DNA of 32,000 nt from Candidatus Arthromitus sp. SFB-rat-Yit (GTDB lineage Bacteria; Bacillota; Clostridia; Clostridiales; Clostridiaceae), in assembly GCF_000283555.1 (NCBI RefSeq), contig NC_016012.1:1020001-1052000 (forward strand), written 5' to 3'. A program made the position numbers and the translations under genes. Below, one piece after another: positions 1 to 8,360 of the stretch. Each line of letters starts with the position of its first letter. Position 1 is the stretch's first letter. The notes under the pieces were generated by a model, which saw only the letters and a program-made list of their open reading frames with translations, did not search any database and was not told the DNA's origin.

Positions 1-915
1 ATCTGGATTATTAACTTTAACTTTAGGCGTTTCTTGTACGAAATTAACATTACCATCCTGATTCTTAACCATCTGCAATTTCAAACTACTAGTAGTAGTG
101 TTGCCTACTCCAGTTCCACTAGCAGCACTTCCACCTGAAACTGCACTACTTCCAGTGCTAGCATTTTGATCATTCACTTTAAGTTTATCTGCAATTTGCT
201 GAGCCTTCTGAATAATATCTGGATTATGAACCTTAACTTCAGGTATTTTTTCTACAAAATTAATACCACCGTCACCATTCTTAATCATTTCTAAGTTTAA
301 TCTTGAAGTATACAAGCTACTAATTCCACTCGATCCGCTAGCAATAGAACCTGTTTCTTGTGCTTTAGATTGCTGTGCATTTATTATATCTGCTCCAGTT
401 ATCCATCTTGGCTTTGATCTGTATATGTAACTTACTATTCGTCCAGTAGTAGGGTCTACGTATTTATCCCTTCCAACTTTCGTATCACTAAGGAATATTT
501 CAAAACGTGTCCCAAGATTTTTCTCATATGTTTTTAAAGTACCAGAGTCACTAACATATTGCGTATATTTTTTATTAGGATCGATAGGTCCAGTAGCTAC
601 AAAAGTATCCGCAGTTGCTCCAAATTTATGTTGAACCTTATGTGTTGGCAACACATTTTCTGGCTGCTGTACTATTCCACTAACATTTCTTACACTAACC
701 CTAGAAGAAGCAGCACTTACACCACTAACACTACTTGTACCACTAGCTATACTACTTGCACGACTTAAACTTCTTGCAAGTCCTGAAGCAACTCTACCAA
801 CCATAGCATTGGCCTTTTTACCGTCACCCAAATATAAAGACATGGCCGCAATTACCGATAATACATAAAGACTTCCACTATAAAGCCCGACATTTTTATT
901 ATTTCTAACACCCAT
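1..915 (-). CDS. Secreted Ser/Gly-rich surface protein, partial (C-terminus beyond left edge); N-terminus MGVRNNKNVGLYSGSLYVLSVIAAMSLYLGDGKKANAMVGR...
   Basis: Open minus-strand frame of 305 codons from ATG at 915 to the window edge (absent from the ORF track because it has no stop). AATACATGGGT context preceded by GGAGGAG. Signal-peptide-like N-terminus homologous to the next gene. Two copies of a module S(R/L)xLxMxKxxDGxxNFVxExPxVKVxNPD. Confidence 0.8.
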   Translation of the reverse strand, partial: MGVRNNKNVGLYSGSLYVLSVIAAMSLYLGDGKKANAMVGRVASGLARSLSRASSIASGTSSVSGVSAASSRVSVRNVSGIVQQPENVLPTHKVQHKFGATADTFVATGPIDPNKKYTQYVSDSGTLKTYEKNLGTRFEIFLSDTKVGRDKYVDPTTGRIVSYIYRSKPRWITGADIINAQQSKAQETGSIASGSSGISSLYTSRLNLEMIKNGDGGINFVEKIPEVKVHNPDIIQKAQQIADKLKVNDQNASTGSSAVSGGSAASGTGVGNTTTSSLKLQMVKNQDGNVNFVQETPKVKVNNPD

Positions 916-1076
916 GTATTCTCCTCCGTATTTATTTAATTAAAATCAAAAACAGCCTACCTATCTTTGTTTAATTCATTTTTTTGTAATAATTATAACA
1001 TTTTTTTCTAAAAAGTTCATCATTTTTTAATTTTTTATATAAATTTAATTCACATTCTAACAAAATAACTGTTAAA

Positions 1077-1102
1077 AAAAAAGAGATACAAAGATCTCTT
1101 TT
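1077..1102 (-). terminator. Rho-independent terminator of the 1118-3016 gene
   Basis: AAAAGAGATacaaagATCTCTTTT hairpin, A-run on + strand (T-run on - strand) just outside it. Confidence 0.75.
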
Positions 1103-1117
1103 AAGATTTCACACTAA

Positions 1118-3016
1118 TTATTTAGCATATCTCCTATATTTACTTAATATTTGTTGAACTTCTTGACTATCAAATATTCCCTTATAATCTACACCATCTG
1201 AACCACTTGAACCTAATGAACCCCTTCTTGAATTCTGTCCTGATCCTCCTTCATCACCTTCAGGTATTGTTGCAAGACTTGGTCTGTATCCACCATCATC
1301 TACAGTGTCAAATTCTCGATTTTGTCTGCCCTTTGGTCTTGCTCCTTCTCTTCCGTCTGAAGAAGAACCTCCCGTACTTAAACCTGAACTTGAAGAGCTT
1401 GAGCTACTAGATGATGTTGTTGTAGTCGTGCTAGAAGTAGTACTTGTAGTTGACGTAGTTTTTGAGCTTGTACCACTAGAGCTTGAAGAACTTGAAGAAC
1501 CACCTATTTTAGTAACAGTTCTTGAGCTACTCGAACTTGTTTGTGGTGATGATAATTTAGGTCCTGATAATGTTGTAGTTGTTGTTGTAGATGATTTGCT
1601 GCTGTTTTTTAAAGATTCTTCAAGTGCCTTTTGAAGATTTGGATTAGAATCATCAGGATCCAATCCAGTAGGTGGAGCAGTTTTAGGTGCTTTAGTGTCA
1701 GGATTTTTAGTTTGAGCTGTCACTTGTTTTTCAGTACCATTAGGACCCTTTAAAGTTACTGTCACAGTTCCAGGAGTCGCACTCGAACTTGAACCAGTAA
1801 CAGTCGGCGTAGGAGTAGTTTTAGTGCTAGTTGTAACTGTTGTAGTTGCTCCACTACTGGAAGATGTAGTCGTTCCTGTTGAAGTTGTAGGCGAACTACT
1901 ACTTGTCCCTGTTCCAGTAGTTGGAGTCGTTGTTAATTTAGTTGCTCCTCTAGTAGGAGTCGAAGTTGTTTGTGGAGATGACAACTTTACACCACTTAAT
2001 GTGCCAGTAGCTGAACTTGTACCACCTGGACTAGTTGTGGTACTAGTTTTTGTACCTGTAGTAGAAGTTGTAGTTGTCCCTGAAGTACTAGTCGCTGTTG
2101 TAGTTGTCACTGTCGTAGTTGTCGATGATCCAGAACTTGTACTTGGTCCACTTGACGTTGTAGTAGTTGGTGTTGACGTACTAGAGGTTGAACTACCTTG
2201 TACTTTCAACTTGTTAGCAATCTGTTGACCCTGTTGAGTAACCTTCCCATCAAATTTAACCTTGTTTTGCTCTACAAATATAATTTTATCCCCATCTTTA
2301 GTCATGAGTAAATTCAACCTAGAAACATAGGCTTTAGTGCCACTTGAGCCTCCAGATCCAATACCACCACTTCCATCAACTCCGTCTTGATTATTTCCAG
2401 CACCGCCACTTGTTGCACTTGATGAGCTTAATCTGCTACCTGAACTTCCAGAAGCAGAAGTTGATGAACTTGATCCACTAGCACTTGTGCCAGAACTTGT
2501 CCCACTACCACTACCACTAGCACCAGTACTAGAACTAGTACCACTACCTACTTTATATGCAATCCTTTTAGGGGTTCCATCACTTCCAGTATATTTTAAA
2601 ACACCATATGTACCTGGTCCCCATGTCAATTTCTCCATAGCACTTGTTGGCTCTTTAGGTAATACTTTTACTGTTCCAGAACCATTAGCTCCTTCTTCAA
2701 AAAGTAAAACTAGTGTTTTAACCTTACCACCAGATACAGTGCCACCACCTACAGTTTGTTTAACTTTAAGACCTTGATTTACATTTGCAAGACTCGAAGT
2801 GCTACTAAGTCTAGCTTTATTAACAGCACCATTAATACTATCTCCAATTCCTCTAAATGCATTCACAACTTGGGAAGCAAGAGCACTAACCCTACTTCTA
2901 AGAGCAGCTTTAGCATTCTTACCTCCAACTACACACAAAGAAGTAGCGGTAACTAAAGATAACACACAAAGTTTACCGCTATATTTTACAACTTTCCCTT
3001 TATTTTTCACATCCAT
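1118..3016 (-). CDS. Secreted low-complexity Ser/Thr/Gly-rich surface protein with charged C-terminal segment
   Basis: 632-aa ORF; AAAAGGAGAG SD upstream; N-terminus MDVKNKGKVVKYSGKLCVLSLVTATSLCVVGGKNAKA signal peptide; module SRLNLLMTKDGDKIIFVEQNKVKF...QQIANKLKV shared with the 1-915 gene; internal duplicate LSG(V/P)KLSSPQT(T/S)S. Confidence 0.85.
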   Translation of the reverse strand: MDVKNKGKVVKYSGKLCVLSLVTATSLCVVGGKNAKAALRSRVSALASQVVNAFRGIGDSINGAVNKARLSSTSSLANVNQGLKVKQTVGGGTVSGGKVKTLVLLFEEGANGSGTVKVLPKEPTSAMEKLTWGPGTYGVLKYTGSDGTPKRIAYKVGSGTSSSTGASGSGSGTSSGTSASGSSSSTSASGSSGSRLSSSSATSGGAGNNQDGVDGSGGIGSGGSSGTKAYVSRLNLLMTKDGDKIIFVEQNKVKFDGKVTQQGQQIANKLKVQGSSTSSTSTPTTTTSSGPSTSSGSSTTTTVTTTTATSTSGTTTTSTTGTKTSTTTSPGGTSSATGTLSGVKLSSPQTTSTPTRGATKLTTTPTTGTGTSSSSPTTSTGTTTSSSSGATTTVTTSTKTTPTPTVTGSSSSATPGTVTVTLKGPNGTEKQVTAQTKNPDTKAPKTAPPTGLDPDDSNPNLQKALEESLKNSSKSSTTTTTTLSGPKLSSPQTSSSSSRTVTKIGGSSSSSSSSGTSSKTTSTTSTTSSTTTTTSSSSSSSSSSGLSTGGSSSDGREGARPKGRQNREFDTVDDGGYRPSLATIPEGDEGGSGQNSRRGSLGSSGSDGVDYKGIFDSQEVQQILSKYRRYAK

Positions 3017-3162
3017 GCACTAACTCTCCTTTTTAAAACAATTCAAAATTAACTTAAATCATAATTTATGTATATTTGATTCATTTTTATTTAACAATTG
3101 TACCATTATTTTTACAAAATTTCATTATTTTTAAAATTTTTACTAAAATTTTCATGATCCCA

Positions 3163-3194
3163 TAAAAAAATTGATAGATATTAAAATCTATCAA
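3163..3194 (-). terminator. Rho-independent terminator for the 3215-3905 locus
   Basis: TTGATAGAT/ATCTATCAA inverted repeat with A7 on + strand side (T7 for minus transcription). Confidence 0.75.
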
Positions 3195-3214
3195 TCATAC
3201 ATACAAATCACTTA

Positions 3215-3905
3215 CTATCTATTAAAATATTTCGGTCTTGCACCTAGATTAGTAGTCGAATTACCTCCATTAATACCACTTACTACAGTAATAAGCATTC
3301 CCGTAGGACCAGAATCTACACTTGAAGGCATAGTTAAACTCTTTGGACCGCCATTAGTTGACGTAAACAAATCTTTATACTGACTTCCTGACCCACCTCT
3401 TGTCCAACCTCTACTAGTTAAACCACTTATTCCAGTTTGAGTATGACCCCATCCACCAAGTATAGATTTAGGTCCAGAATCTACACCTGTTACTGTGGCA
3501 CTCAAGTTTCCACCACTTCGAGTAAATCCATCATCTCTTAAAGGTTGTGGACCAAGACCAGTTCCATCATAAATGCTAGAGCCTTTACTTCCTGTCGACG
3601 ATCTTGTCCAATCAGACAAACTTGGATAACTTGGATCACCATTTTTATTTACACCTAAAATAGAATTAGGTCCTGATTGTTTCGAAAATCCTCCATCAAC
3701 TAATGTAAGACTTTTAGGTCGAATGCTAAATCTACCATTATTTACAAATAACTTGATTCCCGAAGTGAATCTAGGTCCGCTACTTGATAGCATAGCTTTA
3801 GTAGCTGACCCCCCCCGTCATAAATGACGAAACACACGCAACAACTGACAAAGCACAAAGATGACCACTATATTTTGCAAATCTTTTTCTGCTCTTTAAA
3901 CCCAT
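3215..3905 (-). pseudogene. Frameshifted secreted Gly/Ser-rich repeat protein; signal peptide (3905 downward) and body (3793-3215) separated by a G8 tract, candidate phase-variable gene in OFF state
   Basis: Minus-strand ATG at 3905 with GGAG SD encodes MGLKSRKRFAKYSGHLCALSVVACVSSFMTGG then goes out of frame at 3816-3809 (G8). Removing one G gives ...SSFMTGGSATKA|MLSSSGPRFTSGIK..., joining the 192-aa ORF. The N-terminus aligns with those of the two neighbouring genes. Confidence 0.85.
3809..3816 (-). repeat. G8 homopolymer (C8 on + strand) within signal-peptide coding sequence
   Basis: gtagctgaCCCCCCCCgtca; longest G/C homopolymer I noticed in this very AT-rich window. Confidence 0.95.
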
Positions 3906-4018
3906 AATTAATTCTCCATTTATCAAATAATTTTAAAACACATAACGTCATATCTTAAATGTTTGATTCATTATTTTGTTAACATATTAACATCTTATTA
4001 AAAATATTGCAATAAAAA

Positions 4019-4037
4019 AGAGAGGTCACCCCTCTCT
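4019..4037 (-). terminator. Terminator downstream of aminotransferase gene
   Basis: AGAGAGG-tcacc-CCTCTCT hairpin with A-run on + side. Confidence 0.75.
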
Positions 4038-4044
4038 CAATAAT

Positions 4045-5184
4045 CTATTTATCTATATAATTCTCAATCCTAACCAAACCTTTTTCAAGTTCATCAATAG
4101 AATTACAATAACTAATTCTCATATATCCTTCACCCATTTCTCCAAAAGCACTTCCAGGGACACATGCAACCCCTGCATATTTAATCAAATCAACGCAAAA
4201 ATCATAACTATCCTTACTCGCAATACCTTCAAGAGATGGGAAAATATAAAAAGCCCCCATCGGTTTCTCAACTTTAAATCCCATTTTAATTAATCGATTA
4301 TATACAAAATCTCTTCTTGCCCTAAACTCTTCTCTCATTATCTCAACATCATAAAGAGCTTTATCAAATCCATACAAAGTTCCATACTGAACAATAGATG
4401 CCGCAGAAGACGTAGCATACAAATGAACTTTATTAAGCTCATCTATATAAGGGCTCTTTGCACAAATAAACCCAAGCCTTAATCCCGTCATGGAAAACAT
4501 CTTAGAAAATCCAGAAACCAAAATAGTTCTATCTAACAATTCTTCATATTCGCAAATCGTCTCAAATTTATCATAAACAATAGTGCTATACATTTCATCA
4601 CTTATTATTTTACATTCTGGATATTTTCGTAAAATTTCATAAAACTTGATCTTATCATTTTCAGTTAAAGAAATTCCAGTTGGATTATTTGGAAAACACA
4701 TAACAATTCCTTTAATATCTTTCGATTCAAAAGCATCTTCTATTCCACCAAAATCAATCTTTCCATTTTTATTTACATCATAAAAAATAGGATTAGCTCC
4801 AACAAATCTGAGAGTATTTTCATATGCGGGATAACCCGGACTAGGTGTCAAAACATTATCCCCTTCATTAAAAATTGTATTAAACGTTACAAAAAGTGCC
4901 TCACTTCCACCAACTGTTAAAATCATCTCATCTTTATTAAATTTTATAGAATACTCATCATCTAAATATTTGCATATCCTCTCCCTAAGCTCAGGTATCC
5001 CCTGATTCATCGTATAATAGGTTTTCCCCTCGCTTATAGCCTTCAAAACTCCATCTTCAATAGACTTTGGAAGCTTGAAATCAGGTTGTCCAACAGTTAA
5101 AGAAATAGCATCTGGATAATTTTTAACTTCATTGAAAAATTTTCTGATGCCAGAATATTGAACATTTTTCATGCGTCTATTCAT
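4045..5184 (-). CDS. PLP-dependent class I/II aminotransferase, candidate N-acetyl-LL-diaminopimelate aminotransferase
   Basis: 379 aa; SLTVGQPDF, YPAYEN, FPNNPTG, SGFSKMFSMTGLRLG (PLP lysine region), MRISYC; AGGAGG SD. Proximity to dapH suggests a PatA role (inference). Confidence 0.9.
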   Translation of the reverse strand: MNRRMKNVQYSGIRKFFNEVKNYPDAISLTVGQPDFKLPKSIEDGVLKAISEGKTYYTMNQGIPELRERICKYLDDEYSIKFNKDEMILTVGGSEALFVTFNTIFNEGDNVLTPSPGYPAYENTLRFVGANPIFYDVNKNGKIDFGGIEDAFESKDIKGIVMCFPNNPTGISLTENDKIKFYEILRKYPECKIISDEMYSTIVYDKFETICEYEELLDRTILVSGFSKMFSMTGLRLGFICAKSPYIDELNKVHLYATSSAASIVQYGTLYGFDKALYDVEIMREEFRARRDFVYNRLIKMGFKVEKPMGAFYIFPSLEGIASKDSYDFCVDLIKYAGVACVPGSAFGEMGEGYMRISYCNSIDELEKGLVRIENYIDK

Positions 5185-5206
5185 AACATATTCCTCCTAA
5201 AAACTT

Positions 5207-5749
5207 TTAATATTCTATGCCAACTCTAGCTAAAATGCCATTATCATAATAATGTTTAACCTTATCAATTCTACTAACTAGATCAGCATTATCAATAATG
5301 TCTTTAGATGCATTCCTTCCTGTCAAAATTAGCTCTAGATTCTTCGGCTTATTTTTCATAATCTCTATTATTTCGAATTCGTCTATAAATCCTCCTTGAA
5401 TTGCTCCAAGAACCTCATCTAAAATTATCAAATCATAATTCCCAGAATTTATAAATTCTTTCGCTTTATTCAATTCAATTTTAATTTCCTCTCTGAGAAG
5501 TTTAAGCTCCTCTTCATTAAGGTTATACGTGAAATCCTTTTTACTCTCAATCCTAAAAATTTCAAACTTATCCCCCAAAAGTTTAATACTATCGAGTTCT
5601 GATGTGTGCCAATTCTTAAGAAACTGAACCATCATAACTTTAAATCCAGCTCCAATACTTCTAAACGCAAGCCCCAGAGCACACGTAGTTTTTCCCTTAC
5701 CATCACCCATATAAACATGTATGTATCCGTTATTTTCCAAAATCCTCAC
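5207..5749 (-). CDS. cobO: ATP:corrinoid (cob(I)alamin) adenosyltransferase, CobO/BtuR family
   Basis: 180 aa; MGDGKGKTTCALGLAFRSIGAG P-loop, FLKNWHTSEL, DLIILDEVLGAI, LILTGRN. Confidence 0.88.
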   Translation of the reverse strand: MRILENNGYIHVYMGDGKGKTTCALGLAFRSIGAGFKVMMVQFLKNWHTSELDSIKLLGDKFEIFRIESKKDFTYNLNEEELKLLREEIKIELNKAKEFINSGNYDLIILDEVLGAIQGGFIDEFEIIEIMKNKPKNLELILTGRNASKDIIDNADLVSRIDKVKHYYDNGILARVGIEY

Positions 5750-5876
5750 TCCTCTGACATAAATTTTACCTTACGAACCTATATTAATCCATTACTATTT
5801 AATTAATTTTCATCCAAACCCCCTAACATATAGTATAATACTTATAAATTAACAAAAAGGAAGGAATGTTTATTTA

Positions 5877-6590
5877 ATGAATTACGATATGAAAAATCCC
5901 TATGACATTGCAAGATACATAAAAGATTCTAAAAAATCAACTCCTCTAAAAGTCTACCTAAAAGGGGATTTAACAGATAAAGATTTTGATAATTTAGAAT
6001 TCTACGGATCAAATGGAAATTACACTCTATTTGGTGAAAAAGAAGATATCCTTTCATTTTTATCTAAAAATCAATCCAAAATACACAAACATAGAATTGA
6101 AAATACAAAAAGAAATTCTGCAATTCCAATGTTAAACCTAATAGACATTGAAGCAAGAATTGAGCCTGGAGCAATAATACGTGACATGGTAACCATAGAA
6201 AAGAATTGTGTAATCATGATGGGAGCAGTTATAAATATAGGTGCAGAAATTGGGGAAGGTACAATGGTAGACATGAACGCTGTTGTTGGTGCTCGTGGAA
6301 AACTTGGGAAAAATGTACACCTAGGAGCTGGTGCTGTTGTGGCTGGAGTTCTCGAACCTCCATCAAAAGAACCATGTATAATAGAAGATAATGTTCTTAT
6401 AGGAGCTAATGCCGTAATACTAGAAGGAGTTCATGTGGGCAAAAACTCTGTAGTTGGTGCGGGTGCAATTGTAACAAATAATGTACCTCCAAACACAGTA
6501 GTAACTGGATCTCCTGCAAGAATTATTAAAGAAATTGACCAATCAGTTAAAGACAAAACTAAAATTTTAGAAGACTTACGAAGCCTCTAA
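5877..6590 (+). CDS. dapH: 2,3,4,5-tetrahydropyridine-2,6-dicarboxylate N-acetyltransferase
   Basis: 237 aa; left-handed beta-helix hexapeptide repeats ([64 protein letters not shown]); AAGGAAGG SD. Confidence 0.93.
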   Translation: MNYDMKNPYDIARYIKDSKKSTPLKVYLKGDLTDKDFDNLEFYGSNGNYTLFGEKEDILSFLSKNQSKIHKHRIENTKRNSAIPMLNLIDIEARIEPGAIIRDMVTIEKNCVIMMGAVINIGAEIGEGTMVDMNAVVGARGKLGKNVHLGAGAVVAGVLEPPSKEPCIIEDNVLIGANAVILEGVHVGKNSVVGAGAIVTNNVPPNTVVTGSPARIIKEIDQSVKDKTKILEDLRSL

Positions 6591-6600
6591 AAAACAAATA

Positions 6601-6623
6601 AAGATCATCATTACGATGATCTT
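6601..6623. terminator. Bidirectional terminator between convergent dapH and SSB-like gene
   Basis: AAGATCATC-attac-GATGATCTT with T-rich flank on + strand and A-rich flank upstream. Confidence 0.8.
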
Positions 6624-6627
6624 TCTT

Positions 6628-7284
6628 TTATCCAACATCTTCAGAGGATTCAATAATCTTATTATCTTTATCTACTTTTTCCATCTTTGAAACTGATACT
6701 TCATATGCTATCTTTATTATTTTCTCAGTTTCAGAAATTTTCTTTTGATATTCACGACTCTGTAATCTTCCCCAAACTCTTATATTATCTCCAATTTGTA
6801 GATTTTTACAAAATCTCGAATTCCTTCCCCATGCTATAGTAGGTATGTAATCCGATTTATTGTAAGCCCTATTAACTGCTAAAAGTACATCTGCAATTTC
6901 TCTGCCAAAAGGTGTTGTCCTATAAAGTGGCTGTTTACAAATATATCCATCTAAATAAATTTCATTTGGATTTTTACTTTTTTCAGTACAAGGAGTAACA
7001 TTCCGAGCAAAAACAGTTAATATCAATTTATTTCTTCCATCTACAATTTTATTATATGATCTTAATTGACCCTCTAACATTATTTCTGTTCCTATTAAAA
7101 AATCTATTCCAACCATTATCCTCTCTGATATAGTTACACTCAAAATATCTCTCGAATCGCTTAACCGCATAACTTCTATATCAAAATTATAAAATCCCTC
7201 TCCAAACATTTCATGACTAAATTTTGGTTCATTTACTACCTTCCCTTCAAGCCATATCCTATTATTAACTAAGTTTATGTCCAT
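6628..7284 (-). CDS. Single-stranded DNA-binding-protein-like (tandem OB-fold) protein
   Basis: VNNRIWLEGKVVNEPKFSHEMFGEGFYNFDIEVMRLS and second OB-like NEIYLDGYICKQPLYRTTPFGREIADVLLAVNR...IPTIAWGRNSRF...GDNIRVWGRLQSREYQKK; GGAGAGGTG SD places the start at 7284 rather than the ORF-track 7299. Confidence 0.75.
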   Translation of the reverse strand: MDINLVNNRIWLEGKVVNEPKFSHEMFGEGFYNFDIEVMRLSDSRDILSVTISERIMVGIDFLIGTEIMLEGQLRSYNKIVDGRNKLILTVFARNVTPCTEKSKNPNEIYLDGYICKQPLYRTTPFGREIADVLLAVNRAYNKSDYIPTIAWGRNSRFCKNLQIGDNIRVWGRLQSREYQKKISETEKIIKIAYEVSVSKMEKVDKDNKIIESSEDVG

Positions 7285-7414
7285 ACTACACCTCTCCACA
7301 TTAGTTTTTATTCTCTAATATGTATATTAGTCAGGATTTTTTTTATTACTTTGATTATATACAATACATTATAAAATTCATTAAATCATTTTTCGTATTT
7401 AATTTTATCAACAT

Positions 7415-8212
7415 TCACGTAACATTCTTAATAAGTTTTTGAACTCCCATGCTATCTATTTCATAATTATCTTTATAAAGAAGTTCAGATAATGTAACAA
7501 ATTCATATCCTTGATCTTTGAATTCTTTCAATATCCTCTCTAAATTCTCTGGTGTATTCTTAGCATTAGTATGAAATAGTGCAATTGATCCAGGTTGAAG
7601 TTTACTTTGAACACGTTTATATTCGATTTCTAAACCTTCCTCTTTCCAATCAATAGAATCAACATCCCATTGAATCGGAATATATCCCAATCCTTTAATT
7701 ATTTCAACGGAATTTTCATTATATTCTCCCTTAGGGAATCTAAATAATTTACTCCTCTTATTTGTAACTTCATAAATCTTACTATCAGTTATTTCAAGTT
7801 CTCTAACTATTCTATCTCTATCTATCTTTGTAAAATCTGGATGAATGTTGCTGTGATTTGCGACCTCGTGCCCTCTATTATTCATTTCCTTTACAAGTCC
7901 AATATTTTCTTCACTGTAATCAATCCATTTTCCAATTAAAAAGAATGATGCTTTTGAATCGTATTTATCTAATATATCTAATATTTGTTTCGTGTAATCT
8001 TTCCCCCAATTCACGTCAAAAGTTATAGCAACCTTCTTTTCCTCCGTATCAACTCTATAGACTGGTAAAGATTTTTGAGTGCTAAATGTAAGTACTGCTG
8101 GATTATTAAAATATACATATGTAACCATCACTGTTAAAAATAGTATAAAAAATATTCCGATAAATGAATTTTTTCCCTTCCTTTTCTTTTCAATTTTAAC
8201 TTTGTTATCCAA
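7415..8212 (-). CDS. Polysaccharide deacetylase (NodB homology), membrane-anchored, PdaB-like
   Basis: KKVAITFDVNWG, SFFLIGKWI, GHEVANHSNIHPDF, RFPKGEYN, DSIDWKEEG, GSIALFHT; AGGAGG-AAGAAA-TTG supports a TTG start at 8212 inside the longer track ORF (8287). Confidence 0.85.
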   Translation of the reverse strand: MDNKVKIEKKRKGKNSFIGIFFILFLTVMVTYVYFNNPAVLTFSTQKSLPVYRVDTEEKKVAITFDVNWGKDYTKQILDILDKYDSKASFFLIGKWIDYSEENIGLVKEMNNRGHEVANHSNIHPDFTKIDRDRIVRELEITDSKIYEVTNKRSKLFRFPKGEYNENSVEIIKGLGYIPIQWDVDSIDWKEEGLEIEYKRVQSKLQPGSIALFHTNAKNTPENLERILKEFKDQGYEFVTLSELLYKDNYEIDSMGVQKLIKNVT

Positions 8213-8360
8213 TTTCTTCCTCCTAATAATTATTTTCTCTAAAATATATGCTAATTTAGTTTTTAATATTAAAATTTCATAAAACAAAAATATTTTTATT
8301 TGTATTATTTATATTTTAAGATTAGAATAACTATATGTGCTTAGTGAGGTGAATTAATTT

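Noticed and set aside
559-768. ORF 559-768 (+), opposite the 1-915 gene
   Set aside because: Antisense reading of the Ser-rich region; the minus frame has the signal peptide, SD and a paralogue match.
1207-2777. Plus-strand ORFs 1207-1410, 1305-1634, 1824-2228, 2487-2777 opposite the Ser/Thr-rich gene
   Set aside because: Translations are poly-Val/Leu/Glu mirrors of ACT/AGT/TCA codon tracts in the real minus-strand gene; they are expected from low-complexity composition and have no SD or protein-like character.
3215-3793. Treating 3215-3793 as a complete cytosolic gene starting at ATG 3793
   Set aside because: ATG 3793 lacks a properly spaced SD, while the upstream frame has an SD, a signal peptide homologous to two neighbours, and is joined by a single-G change. 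The frameshift model explains more. Internal initiation near the G8 run cannot be formally excluded.
3809-3816. Simple sequencing or assembly error in the homopolymer
   Set aside because: Not rejected outright: I cannot distinguish it from real variation without reads. Even if the consensus length is wrong, a G7-8 run within a signal peptide in this AT-rich genome remains a slippage-prone candidate.
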